This document shows, one piece after another, positions 25,275-36,200 of a stretch of DNA of 64,000 bases (positions within the stretch are counted from its first letter, which is position 1; every line of letters starts with the position of its first letter). The translations under genes were made by a program, and so were the position numbers. Origin of the DNA: Macrostomum lignano. Taxonomy: Eukaryota. Location of the stretch: contig NIVC01000852.1 in NCBI GenBank assembly GCA_002269645.1, positions 149,644 to 213,643 on the forward strand. Direction: 5' to 3'. The notes under the pieces are model-generated. The model saw only the letters and a program-made list of their open reading frames with translations, was not told the origin of the DNA and ran no database searches.

Positions 25275-25675
25275 TCTGTCTCGATCTCATCTAACACTCT
25301 CCCTCTCTCATCTGTCACTCTCCCTCTCTCATCTGTCACTCTCCCTCTCTCATCTGTCACTCTCCCTCTCTCATCTGTCACTCTCCCTCTCTCATCTGTC
25401 ACTCTCCCTCTCTCATCTGTCACTCTCCCTCTCTCATCTGTCACTCTCCCTCTCTCATCTGTCACTCTCCCTCTCTCATCTGTCACTCCCTCTCTCATCT
25501 GTCACTCTCCCTCTCTCATCTGTCACTCTCCCTCTCTCATCTGTCACTCTCCCTCTCTCATCTGTCACTCTCCCTCTCTCATCTGTCACTCTCCCTCTCT
25601 CATCTGTCACTCTCCCTCTCTCATCTGTCACTCTCCCTTTCTCATCTGTCACTCTCCCTCTCTCATCTATCACTC
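25275..25675. repeat. 21-bp CT-rich minisatellite
   Basis: ctctccctctctcatctgtca. Confidence 0.95.
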
Positions 25676-26507
25676 ATCCTTTTTCATTTATTACTCTCCT
25701 ACCAGTATCTATCACGCTCCCTCTCTATCTATCACTCTCCCGTCTTCTATCACTCTCCCCTCTGATCCATCACTCTCTAATCTATTCCCCCATCTAAGCC
25801 GGTCTCATCTTCCCCTGTCCAAGGTAGCAGTCATATCTAGCCAAAGAGCCCCAACAGATCTCTACAGAAGTTCTGCACTCAAATCGCATCATTCATATCG
25901 CGGCGAATCAAATCTAATTGGCATTTCGAGCAGAGATCTCTCACTGTGATGGGCTAACACTGCAGTGCCTGCCTATTAATTTGCTGAGAGATTGAAGTTG
26001 TTACAAGCGTCAAATGTCATTCATGTTTGCTTTGGCGCGATCTGTCAATGAATAGTTTCTTTTTTAAAAGTCCTTTGCTATGAGATATTGATCGGTGTAG
26101 CTTTTTTAATATAATCCTAGTATTGATAGTTGTAACCCTGTGCTCCGCAATATTGTTATTAATATATTAATTATTGTTACTGTGTCCGCGCCCCTGCCCG
26201 CTCTCTTTCGCTGTGTTCGAGATTCTGTTCTGAATTATATTGAAATACTCTGAATAAATCTGTTATAATTGTAGCTTACCTGTGCGTGTTCTTCGGCAAC
26301 ACATGCTTCATCTGTTTATTTAAGACCGTATTTATGAAAATTCTAACAATATGCTGTATTTGTCGGTTGTTTATCTATCGATTCATTTGGGGCTTGTAGG
26401 CACGAGAATTGGTCTGGAGGGGGGGGGGGTGTCGTGCAACTCACAGCCATGGGCGTCGCCATGGATTTTATGGTGGGGGGGGGACAAAGCCTCATTTTAT
26501 TTTTTGC

Positions 26508-27180
26508 AGGACTCATTTTGGCGCCGCAGGCACTCATTTTGGCGCTGCAGGCACTCATTTTAGCGCCGCAGGCACTCATTTTGGCGCTGCAGGCACTCGT
26601 TTTGGCGCTGCAGGCACTCATTTTGGCACCGCAGGCACTCATTTTGGCGCTGCAGGCACTCATTTTGGCGCCGCAGGCACTCATTTTAGCGCCGCAGGCA
26701 CTCATTTTAGCGCCGCAGGCACTCGTTTTGGCGCTGCAGGCACTCATTTTGGCGCCGCAGGCACTCATTTTTGGCACCGCAGGCACTCATTTTAGCTCCG
26801 CAGGCACTCATTTTAGCGCCGCAGGCACTCATTTTAGCTCCGCAGGCACTCATTTTGGCGCCACAGGCACTCATTTTGGCACCACAGGCACTCATTTTAG
26901 CGCCACAGGCACTCATTTTGGCGCTGCAGGCACTCATTTTGGCGCTGCAGGCACTCATTTTGGCACCGCAGGCACTCATTTTGGCACCGCAGGCACTCAT
27001 TTTGGCACCACAGGCACTCATTTTAGCGCCACAGGCACTCATTTTGGCACCGCAGGCACTCATTTTGGCACCGCAGGCACTCATTTTGGCACCGCAGGCA
27101 CTCATTTTGGCACCGCAGGCACACATTTTGGCACCGCAGGCACTCATTTTGGCACCGCAGGCACTCATTTTGGCACCACA
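26508..27180. repeat. 21-bp minisatellite
   Basis: gcaggcactcattttggcacc. Confidence 0.95.
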
Positions 27181-27856
27181 GTGAGCGTGTGCATGACTGC
27201 CTGCCTGCGTACAGAATTGGCGCGCTTGAATGTGCTCAGAGTCAGCGGAATGAGCACAGCCCTCGTACGAACATTTATTTCAAGTTTTTCTCACCGGAGT
27301 AAAATCCAGTGCCCAGCAATCTAATTGTTATCAACGCAGAGAATCTGCTTTCTTAAGAACTGTTCCTATTGAATTCGCCTAGCATTGCGGATTTCGTATC
27401 TACATAGCCTGCAGCAGTTGTTAAGCTTCACAATGCCTGGATTCCTAGGTCCTGTAATGACACAGTGAACCCTTGCTTTATTGTTCGAGAAGAAGTCTAG
27501 TGAATCTCTCCATTCCCTCACTCCCTCCCTTTTTTCCTATTAATTCCCTCTGAGGATTATGCTCCCATCAATCTTCTGACAAGTTCTGAAATAACTGACA
27601 AAGTTTTAAAGCACGGCTTTGAATTGCAGGAGTCCGAAGAGTTTTTTTTCAGCTTGTCTGGCCGGTACAGATCTTGCTCTGTGACTTGACATTTTTATGG
27701 AGCTTTCGTAGCTTTGGGGAAAAGTTTTTTAGGGATAAATTAAATATAATCGTTGCCTTTGAATTTGATAGCGTTGTCGCTGTAGACTGAACTCGCTGCT
27801 GTAGTGTCTACTGATTGGCCTTCTCTGCTGGTGAATCAATTTGCTGTCCTTGCTCA

Positions 27857-28402
27857 TTACTTGTCTTCTTCTGATCTGCCCGAACCTCCAAGCTTCTTCA
27901 TGATCAGCGGGTCGAAGCGCTTCATGATCAGCGGGTCGAACCTCTTTCTCATGATCAGCGGGTCGAAGCGCTTCATGATCAGCGGGTCGAACTTCTTTCT
28001 CATGATCAGCGGGTCGAACTTCTTTCTCATTATCAGCGGGTCGAACCTCTTTCTCATGATCAGCGGGTCGAACCTCTTTCTCATGATCAGCGGGTCGAAG
28101 CGCTTCATGATCAGCGGGTCGAACCTCTTTCTCATGATCAGCGGGTCGAAGCGCTTCATGATCAGCGGGTCGAACTTCTTTCTCATGATCAGCGGGTCGA
28201 ACCTCTTTCTCATGATTAGCGGGTCGAACCTCTTTCTCATGATCAGCGGGTCGAAGCGCTTCATGATCAGTGGGTCGAACTTCTTTCTCATGATCAGCGG
28301 GTCGAACCTCTTTCTCATGATCAGCGGGTCGAACCTCTTTCTCATGATCAGCGGGTCGAAGCGGCGCTCGACTTCAGCTTGAGAGTCGGCATCCTCGATT
28401 TG
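27857..28402 (-). CDS. Prohormone peptide-array exon
   Basis: Units are 24 or 27 bp, so frame is always kept. The peptide is invariant, the linkers are always basic, and the three visible point changes inside the peptide are synonymous. AATAAA candidates on the minus strand at 27482-27477 and 27279-27274. Confidence 0.87.
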   Translation of the reverse strand, partial: QIEDADSQAEVERRFDPLIMRKRFDPLIMRKRFDPLIMRKKFDPLIMKRFDPLIMRKRFDPLIMRKRFDPLIMRKKFDPLIMKRFDPLIMRKRFDPLIMKRFDPLIMRKRFDPLIMRKRFDPLIMRKKFDPLIMRKKFDPLIMKRFDPLIMRKRFDPLIMKRFDPLIMKKLGGSGRSEEDK

Positions 28403-31208
28403 CTGCGGAATGAGAGAGGCGAATCAAATTTCTCTCCGAGCGCCAAGAAAAATTGAGTTAGTAAAGTAAAGTTGCTATAGAAGGACTGCCAAACTGGAAT
28501 CAAGATTATGTTCTTAGCCAAGCCACCCGCTCAAGACAGATCAGGATAGTGCTGAGTGCGCGATTCGCTTTCTATAACACTCTTGGAGTTAATCAATTTT
28601 GTTTCGGAACGGCAGAAGCAATAACTCTTATTCGGGATTCTGGATTTTACCAACACACACTGCACTGACTGAGCGGCTGACTTGATGGAAGCAGCTCCCG
28701 ATGACACACCGTGCGAAAAATTTTTAGAGTCTTAATTTTCTTATTTTTTAGTCTGCCTTCTTCATGCTATTAGTTCATATTAGCTGGGTAAGCTGATTGA
28801 TCAGACTGAATTTTAACTGGTTAGCACTGCTGATATTCAGTTCTGTTAGCTAAGTTCAACTGTTTAGAAGCTGGCTATCAACACTTTGCAGCACCGCTGG
28901 GATCTGCTTAATGACTTTCATGCCACTGATTTGATTAATTTGCTTTTTGACACCTTCGCCCCTCCGGCCCCCTCTGACTCCCTCTCTGACCTCCCCTCTC
29001 TAGCGGATTCCTATCTGACCTCCCCTCTCTGGCCTCCCCTCTCTAGCGGATTCCTGTCTGACCTCCCCTCTCTGACCTCCCCTCTCTGACCTCCCCTCTC
29101 TGACCTCCCCTCTCTGACCTCCCCTCTCTAGCTGTCCCGTTCTCCAACTCCGTTTCAAAATTATCCACCCACCTCTCTTTGACCCCTGTAAATGTGCTGA
29201 ACTTCAAGTTCAACATCGATACTCTCCATGTCTTTCCGAGCTCTGTGAACTGAGCTGTACAGAACGGTCACAAATGTCTATTATCCACAATTGCCGGTGA
29301 AAAGCATTCTATTTTTGCTCATATTGTGTTGCTCTGATTGCCCGGCTTTTGCTAGATACGGGAGTTTCTTCCGAATTCTCTGCAGAAACGATTTTGTTTG
29401 TTCAGAATAGCGTCGTCTGGCAGGCAAAAAGTCGATCAGCCTAGATAAACCCGCGCCAAGGACGTCGATAAAGACCTGGACTAGAGTAAAACTTGTCCAT
29501 AAATTGGATTGTTTTTTGGGGTTAAAGTCGAGAGAAGTCTGGCTTCTAGTCCAAGTGTTATGTAAAGAAGTCCTTGATACAAGCTGCATTGTTAATCTCC
29601 TGTCTGCCGTGTGTTTCCAGGGCAAACAACTGCTGAGTTTAAAGCCCCAATTACGAGTAATGACACCCCGTTTTCTTCTTCTCTACAGGTGGATTAGAGT
29701 TATACTAATCCTCCTCCTACTGCAAACCTGCGGAAGCGATTGCCGTCTATGGCAGTCAATTGGGCCATCTCACCCCTTCTCTCTCCCCTGTGTCATCTCA
29801 CCCCTTCTCTCTCCCCTGTGTCATCTCACCCCTTCTCTCTCCCCTGTGCCATCTCACCCTTCCCTCTCCCCTGCGCCATCTCACCCTTAACTCTCCCCTG
29901 TGCCATCTCACCCCTTCCCTCTCCCCTGTGCCATCTCACCCCTTCCCTCTCCCCTGTGCCATCTCACCCTTCACTTTCCCCTGTGCCATCTCACCCCTCC
30001 TCTCTCCCCTGTGCCATCTCACCCCTTCCCTCTCCCCAGTGCCATCTCACCCCTTCCCTCTCCCCTGTGCCATCTCACCCTTTACTCTCCCCTGTGCCAT
30101 CTCACCCTTTACTCTCCCCTGTGCCATCTCACCCCTTCCCTCTCCCCTGTGCCATCTCACCCTTCACTCTCCCCTGTGCCATCTCACCCCTTCTCTTTCC
30201 CCTATGCCATCTCACCCCTTTCACTCTCGCCCTCCCTCTCACTCCTGCCCTCCCTCTCGCTCTCGCCCTCCCTCTCACTCCCGCCCTCCCTCTCACTCTC
30301 GCCCTCCCTCTCACTCCCGCCCTCCCTCTCACTCTCACCCTCCCTCTCGCCCTCCCTCTCACTCCCGCCCTCCCTCTCACTCTCGCCCTCCCTCTCACTC
30401 CCGCCCTCCCTCTCACTCTCACCCTCCCTCTCGCCCTCCCTCTCACTCCCGCCCTCCCTCTCGCTCTCACCCTCCCTCTCACTCTCGCCCTCCCTCTCAC
30501 TCTCGCCCTCCCTCTCACTCTCGCCCTCCCTCTCGCTCTCACCCTCCCTCTCACTCTCGCCCTCCCTCTCGCTCTCACCCTCCCTCTCGCTCTCGCCCTC
30601 CCTCTCGCTCTCGACCTCCTTCTCGCTCTCGCCCTCTCTCTCGCTCTCGCCCTCCCTCTCGCTCTCGACCTCCTTCTCGCTCTCGCCCTCCCTCTCACTC
30701 CCGCCCTCCCTCTCACTCTCGCCCTCCCTCTCACTCCCGCCCTCCCTCTCACTCTCACCCTCCCTCTCGCCCTCCCTCTCACTCCCGCCCTCCCTCTCAC
30801 TCTCGCCCTCCCTCTCACTCCCGCCCTCCCTCTCACTCTCACCCTCCCTCTCGCCCTCCCTCTCACTCCCGCCCTCCCTCTCGCTCTCACCCTCCCTCTC
30901 ACTCTCGCCCTCCCTCTCACTCTCGCCCTCCCTCTCACTCTCGCCCTCCCTCTCGCTCTCACCCTCCCTCTCACTCTCGCCCTCCCTCTCGCTCTCACCC
31001 TCCCTCTCGCTCTCGCCCTCCCTCTCGCTCTCGACCTCCTTCTCGCTCTCGCCCTCTCTCTCGCTCTCGCCCTCCCTCTCGCTCTCGACCTCCTTCTCGC
31101 TCTCGCCCTCCCTCTCGCTCTCGCCATTCTCACCTTGAGGCTGGCAGGTGCCACCAGACAGAGGGCGAGCACAGCCCACCAGATGGGCAGCTTGGTGCAG
31201 TGCTTCAT
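27857..31208 (-). CDS. Putative neuropeptide prohormone (signal peptide plus 18 x FDPLIM); minimal model has 2 coding exons and 206 aa
   Basis: Exon 31208-31134 encodes MKHCTKLPIWWAVLALCLVAPASLK and ends AAG|gtgaga (phase 0). Exon 28402-27857 begins ttccgcag|CAA (phase 0) and encodes QIEDADSQAEVERR(FDPLIM + KR/RKR/RKK)x18, ending KKLGGSGRSEEDK*. Confidence 0.85.
28960..29130. repeat. 14-bp C-rich minisatellite, prohormone intron
   Basis: ctgacctcccctct. Confidence 0.85.
29762..30222. repeat. ~28-bp minisatellite, prohormone intron
   Basis: ccctgtgccatctcaccccttccctctc. Confidence 0.93.
30223..31125. repeat. CT-rich hexamer-based repeat with a 420-bp higher-order duplication
   Basis: The lines starting at 30301 and 30721 are identical (offset 420). 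Confidence 0.93.
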
Positions 31209-31276
31209 GTCTCCTCAAAGCGGCAAGCAGGTTCTCCACAATGGGCTGCTCAGCTATGCAGTGGCGCGGCGCGTGT
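31134..31276 (-). CDS. Prohormone exon with 5' UTR (31276-31209) and signal peptide (31208-31134)
   Basis: Pyrimidine-rich acceptor cttttgttcccatcttgcag at 31277. In-frame stops lie upstream of the ATG. 21 of 25 codons end in G/C. Hydrophobic core WWAVLALCLVA. Strong donor AAG|GTGAGA. Confidence 0.8.
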
Positions 31277-31614
31277 CTGCAAGATGGGAACAAAAGCGAG
31301 CGAGTAGTTGCGTCCTAGTTTTTTTTCCTCGCCAATTAGGGTCCTAAAATTTTCCTCCCCATAAGTGTATTTAACTTCCCAATTCCCCCTTCCCAATTAG
31401 TTCTATTCAAACTGTCGCTCCAGTAGTGCTTGAGTTGCACCCGAGTCTCGTAAGCCCGCTCTCATTGTCTGACACGCTTCTACTCAATTTGATGAGGCAG
31501 CTCATGAATTATTCAGCAATTCCTCGCTAAATGCTGCAGCACTTTCTTTGTCTCATCATTGCAGTTTCTTTTCATGGTGCATTGTTCTGCCCAGAGCTGT
31601 CAACTGCGCCACAG

Positions 31615-32572
31615 TCTCTTCCCATCTTCATCTCAGTCTCTTCCCATCTTCATCTCAGTCTCTTCCCATCTTCATCTCAGTCTCTTCCCATCTTCATCTC
31701 AGTCTCTTCCCATCTTCATCTCAGTCTCTTCCCATCTTCATCTCAGTCTCTTCCCATCTTCATCTCAGTCTCTTCCCATCTTCATCTCCCTCTCTTCCCA
31801 TCTTCATCTCCCTCTCTTCCCATCTTCATCTCCCTCTCTTCCTATCTTCATCTCAGTCTCTTCCCATCTTCATCTCAGTCTCTTCCCATCTTCATCTCCC
31901 TCTCTTCCCATCTTCATCTCCCTCTCTTCCCATCTTCATCTCCCTCTCTTCCCATCTTCATCTCCCTCTCTTCCCATCTTCATCTCCCTCTCTTCCTATC
32001 TTCATCTCCCTCTCTTCCCATCTTCATCTCCCTCTCTTCCCATCTTCATCTCCCTCTCTTCCCATCTTCATCTCCCTCTCTTCCCATCTTCATCTCCCTC
32101 TCTTCCTATCTTCATCTCCCTCTCTTCCCATCTTCATCTCCCTCTCTTCCCATCTTCATCTCCCTCTCTTCCTATCTTCATCTCAGTCTCTTCCCATCTT
32201 CATCTCAGTCTCTTCCCATCTTCATCTCCCTCTCTTCCCATCTTCATCTCAGTCTCTTCCCATCTTCATCTCCCTCTCTTCCCATTTTCATCTCAGTCTC
32301 TTCCCATCTTCATCTCAGTCTCTTCCCATCTTCATCTCCCTCTCTTCCCATCTTCATCTCAGTCTCTTCCCATCTTCATCTCCCTCTCTTCCCATCTTCA
32401 TCTCAGTCTCTTCCCATCTTCATCTCCCTCTCTTCCCATCTTCATCTCAGTCTCTTCCCATCTTCATCTCAGTCTCTTCCCATCTTCATCTCAGTCTCTT
32501 CCCATCTTCATTTCAGTCTCTTCCCAATCTTCATCTCAGTCTCTCCCCATCTTGATCTCCCTCTCTTCCCAT
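31615..32572. repeat. 22-bp CT-rich minisatellite
   Basis: tctcttcccatcttcatctcag / ...ctccc. Confidence 0.95.
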
Positions 32573-32983
32573 AGCTCTCTTCTCTATCAGCTGGGTTATG
32601 GCTTCAAAACGTATTTTCTGAGGCCTGTCTTCTACTTTCGCAAAGTCTGCCTCAGCAGCAGAAAATCTCTCTCTCTCTCTCTTTCTTGAAAAAAGACACG
32701 CTGCAACGCGCACCGGCTGTGGAGCCGGCCTGTAATCACAGCGTCCCGTGTGGCCACTCAGCTGCTGACTTGCCAGCCTTTCATTTTGTCCCACGGCATA
32801 GGAAAAGAGATGAGATTTTAGATCGCGTCGCAAATCTACGATCTGGGCACTACTCGAACTGGAACTTGAATAAGGAATTAGTCAGTGAGTCAGCTGGCAA
32901 GTCCTCGAAAAAGTTAAAGACAATTTTGCTTAGAATATGGACTTCTAAACTGTAATTTGGAGTGAATTGTCCCTTAGGCCTGG

Positions 32984-33928
32984 AATCTGGACAGGAAGTG
33001 GAGTTCTAATGCACAATCTGGACAGGAAGTGGAGTTCTAATGCAGAATCTGGACAGGAAGTGGAGTTCTAATGCACAATCTGGACAGGAAGTGGAGTTCT
33101 AATGCACAATCTGGACAGGAAGTGGAGCTCTAATGCACAATCTGGACAGGAAGTGGAGTTCTAATGCACAATCTGGACAGGAAGTGGAGTTCTAATGCAC
33201 AATCTGGACAGGAAGTGGAGCTCTAATGCACAATCTGGACAGGAAGTGGAGTTCTAATGCACAATCTGGACAGGAAGTGGAGTTCTAATGCACAATCTGG
33301 ACAGGAAGTGGAGTTCTAATGCACAATCTGGACAGGAAGTGGAGTTCTAATGTACAATCTGGACAGGAAGTGGAGTTCTAATGCACAATCTGGACAGGAA
33401 GTGGAGTTCTAATGCACAATCTGGACAGGAAGTGGAGTTCTAATGCACAATCTGGACAGGAAGTGGAGTTCTAATGCACAATCTGGACAGGAAGTGGAGC
33501 TCTAATGCACAATCTGGACAGGAAGTGGAGTTCTAATGCACAATCTGGACAGGAAGTGGAGTTCTAATGCACAATCTGGACAGGAAGTGGAGCTCTAATG
33601 CACAATCTGGACAGGAAGTGGAGTTCTAATGCACAATCTGGACAGGAAGTGGAGTTCTAATGCACAATCTGGACAGGAAGTGGAGTTCTAATGCACAATC
33701 TGGACAGGAAGTGGAGTTCTAATGTACAATCTGGACAGGAAGTGGAGTTCTAATGCACAATCTGGACAGGAAGTGGAGTTCTAATGCACAATCTGGACAG
33801 GAAGTGGAGTTCTAATGCACAATCTGGACAGGAAGTGGAGTTCTAATGCACAATCTGGACAGGAAGTGGAGTTCTAATGCACAATCTGGACAGGAAGTGG
33901 AGTTCTAATGCAGAATCTGGACAGGAAG
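32984..33928. repeat. 31-bp highly homogeneous minisatellite, ~30 copies
   Basis: aatctggacaggaagtggagttctaatgcac. Confidence 0.97.
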
Positions 33929-34486
33929 CAACAGTCCAAGTCTATCTCAGACCAATAATATAATTTGGAGATAATAAAATTCCCACAATAGCATAAATCT
34001 TCCCAAATGATCTAACGGATTTCGGCATTTTACGAGCCATTTCTTTAGCAATTACTGCAATTTGGCAGTCAACGCCAGCCTTACCAGTTTGCTGCAATTT
34101 TGTTTACTGTGCTAATTTTTATTTTAATTATCATTTACTGCCTCGTAATTCGTAAGTTCCCTGGCTCATTGCTGCGACAATGCTGGCAGCTCTGCAGGCA
34201 CCTTCCCTGGCTGATTAAAGCACATCAACTGTTTGACCCCCCGGGGGGGCCTGGCTGTCAAGTGTAACTGGCAGCTTGAGTGGAGTAGATGGCATGCTTA
34301 TCTATGGAGCTGATGCAGCTGCAATACTGTTCATGATGAAGCTTAATTACAGCTGCTCAGAGTTAATGATGCTGCTTTCAGTTTAGCAGAATGCTGCCGG
34401 AACTGAAGGGACTAGAAGAATTCCTGCTAAAGCTAGTTGAATAGACAAATAAATATACTTCTGCAGGCTAGATTAGACATTAGGAT

Positions 34487-34950
34487 AATAGACTCGGGGG
34501 AATAGACTCGGGAGAACAGATTTAGGGAGAATAGACTCGGGGAGAATATATTTAGGGAGAATATATTTAGGGAGAATAGATTTAGGGAGAATAGATTTAG
34601 GGAGAATAGACTCGGGAGAACAGATTTAGGGAGAATAGACTCGGGGAGAATAGACTCGGGGAGAATAGACTCGGGGAGAATAGACTCGGGGAGAATAGAC
34701 TCGGGGAGAATAGACTCGGGGAGAATAGACTCGGGGAGAATAGACTCGGGGAGAATAGACTCGGGGAGAATAGACTCGGGGAGAATAGACTCGGGGAGAA
34801 TAGACTCGGGGAGAATAGACTCGGGGAGAATATACTAGGGGAGAATAGATCTAGGGAGAACAGATTTGGGGATAATAGAATTGGGAATAATAGAATTGGG
34901 GATAATAGAATTGGGGAGAATAGGCTCGGGAATAGACTTAGGAGAATAGA
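34487..34950. repeat. 15-bp minisatellite
   Basis: tagactcggggagaa. Confidence 0.93.
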
Positions 34951-35559
34951 TTAAGGGAGAATCGACTAAAACCGACTCACGAGCTGTTTTTTTCAGCTGT
35001 GCCGTAGTCTCAGTCCGAAGCGCGGTAGACCAGGCGGACAGACAGGGAGATGTGGAGCCGCAATGGCAGCCGCCAGAATGCAGATCTCGGATAATAAGAG
35101 TTGAGAGCCTCCGCTGCACCCGGAACTGCCGCTCTGCAGCCAATGGCAGTCCCTGGCCAATAAAGACGAGGATTTGCAACCCCGCGAAACCGGCCGCCCT
35201 AATCAGCTGGATATTCAGCAGAAAATGATGCTGAACCATGGCCTGCAGTTGCAGGTCCTCGATGACCTCCAGGGCCCAATCTGCTCCTCTCAGCGCTGCC
35301 AGAAGAAGAAATCCCAATGGGAGAGCATTGCTGCCTCCTCCTCCCCCAGCGAGCATTTTTTATCCCAGTGACTAATCGTTCTTTGAGTCCTTCGAGTCCT
35401 TAGCGGTCAACCAGGCTCTTGTGCCAGTGCCAAGAATAGACCCATCGGTCCAAGCAGACATTACAGCTGCCCATCTCGTAGAATTAGGAGCAGAAAATTC
35501 AATTGCCAGAAGTATTTCTGCTTTTAAAAGACACTTGTATCTACTTGCTTATACCAGAT

Positions 35560-36200
35560 TCTTATCCAATAATTTATCCCAGATTCTTATCCATCATTAT
35601 CCCAGGTAATCATTTATTCCCCTCGTATCCCCTCGTATCCCCTCATCATCATTTATCCCAGTTTATTATCCCTTCATCATTTATCCCAAATTATTGTCCC
35701 CTCATTATCATTTATCCCAGATTCTAATCCCCTTATCATTTATCCCATATTCTTATCCCCTCATCATCATTTATCCCAGATTCTTATCCCCTCATCATCA
35801 TTTATCCCAGATTCTTATCCCCTCATCATCATTTATCCCAGATTCTTATCCCCTCATCATCATTTATCCCAGATTATTATCCCCTCATCATCATTTATCC
35901 CAGATTCTTATCCCATCATCATCATTTATCCCAGATTTCTTATCCCCTCATCATCATTTATCCCAGATTCTTATCCCCTCATCATCATTTATCCCAGATT
36001 CTTATCCCATCATCATCATTTATCCCAGATTTCTTATCCCCTCATCATTTATCCCAGATTCTTATCCCACCATCATCATTTATCCCAGATTTCTTATCCC
36101 CTCATCATTTATCCCAGATTCTTATCCATCATAATTTATCCCAGATTCTTATCCATCATAATTTATTTCAGATTCTTATCCCCTCATATTTTATCCCTTT
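35560..36200. repeat. ~28-31-bp minisatellite
   Basis: ttatcccctcatcatcatttatcccagattc. Confidence 0.9.

Noticed and set aside
23835-27324. Long repetitive ORFs (LKSTHYSN, VTDERGR, AGTHFGT, MSACGAK, APQALIL)
   Set aside because: Several overlapping frames are open on both strands, with frameshifting units and no splice, signal-peptide or cleavage-site logic, unlike the FDPLIM array.
31134-31276. Alternative frame RHAPRHCIAEQPIVENLLAALRRHEAL... for the signal exon
   Set aside because: The MKHC frame has much higher GC at third codon positions (21/25), gives a signal peptide and is phase-compatible with the peptide exon. The alternative is not formally excluded.
29740-32689. ORFs of 335-535 aa (LPLTLA, SRPPSH, ESEREG, RVRGRA, SSQSLPIFIS)
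   Set aside because: They are CT-rich repeats open in all frames. Only the unique 31134-31276 part is a credible exon.
35102-35104. In-frame TGA as selenocysteine or programmed readthrough
   Set aside because: There is no recognisable selenoprotein context or SECIS element, and the coding frame itself is unproven.
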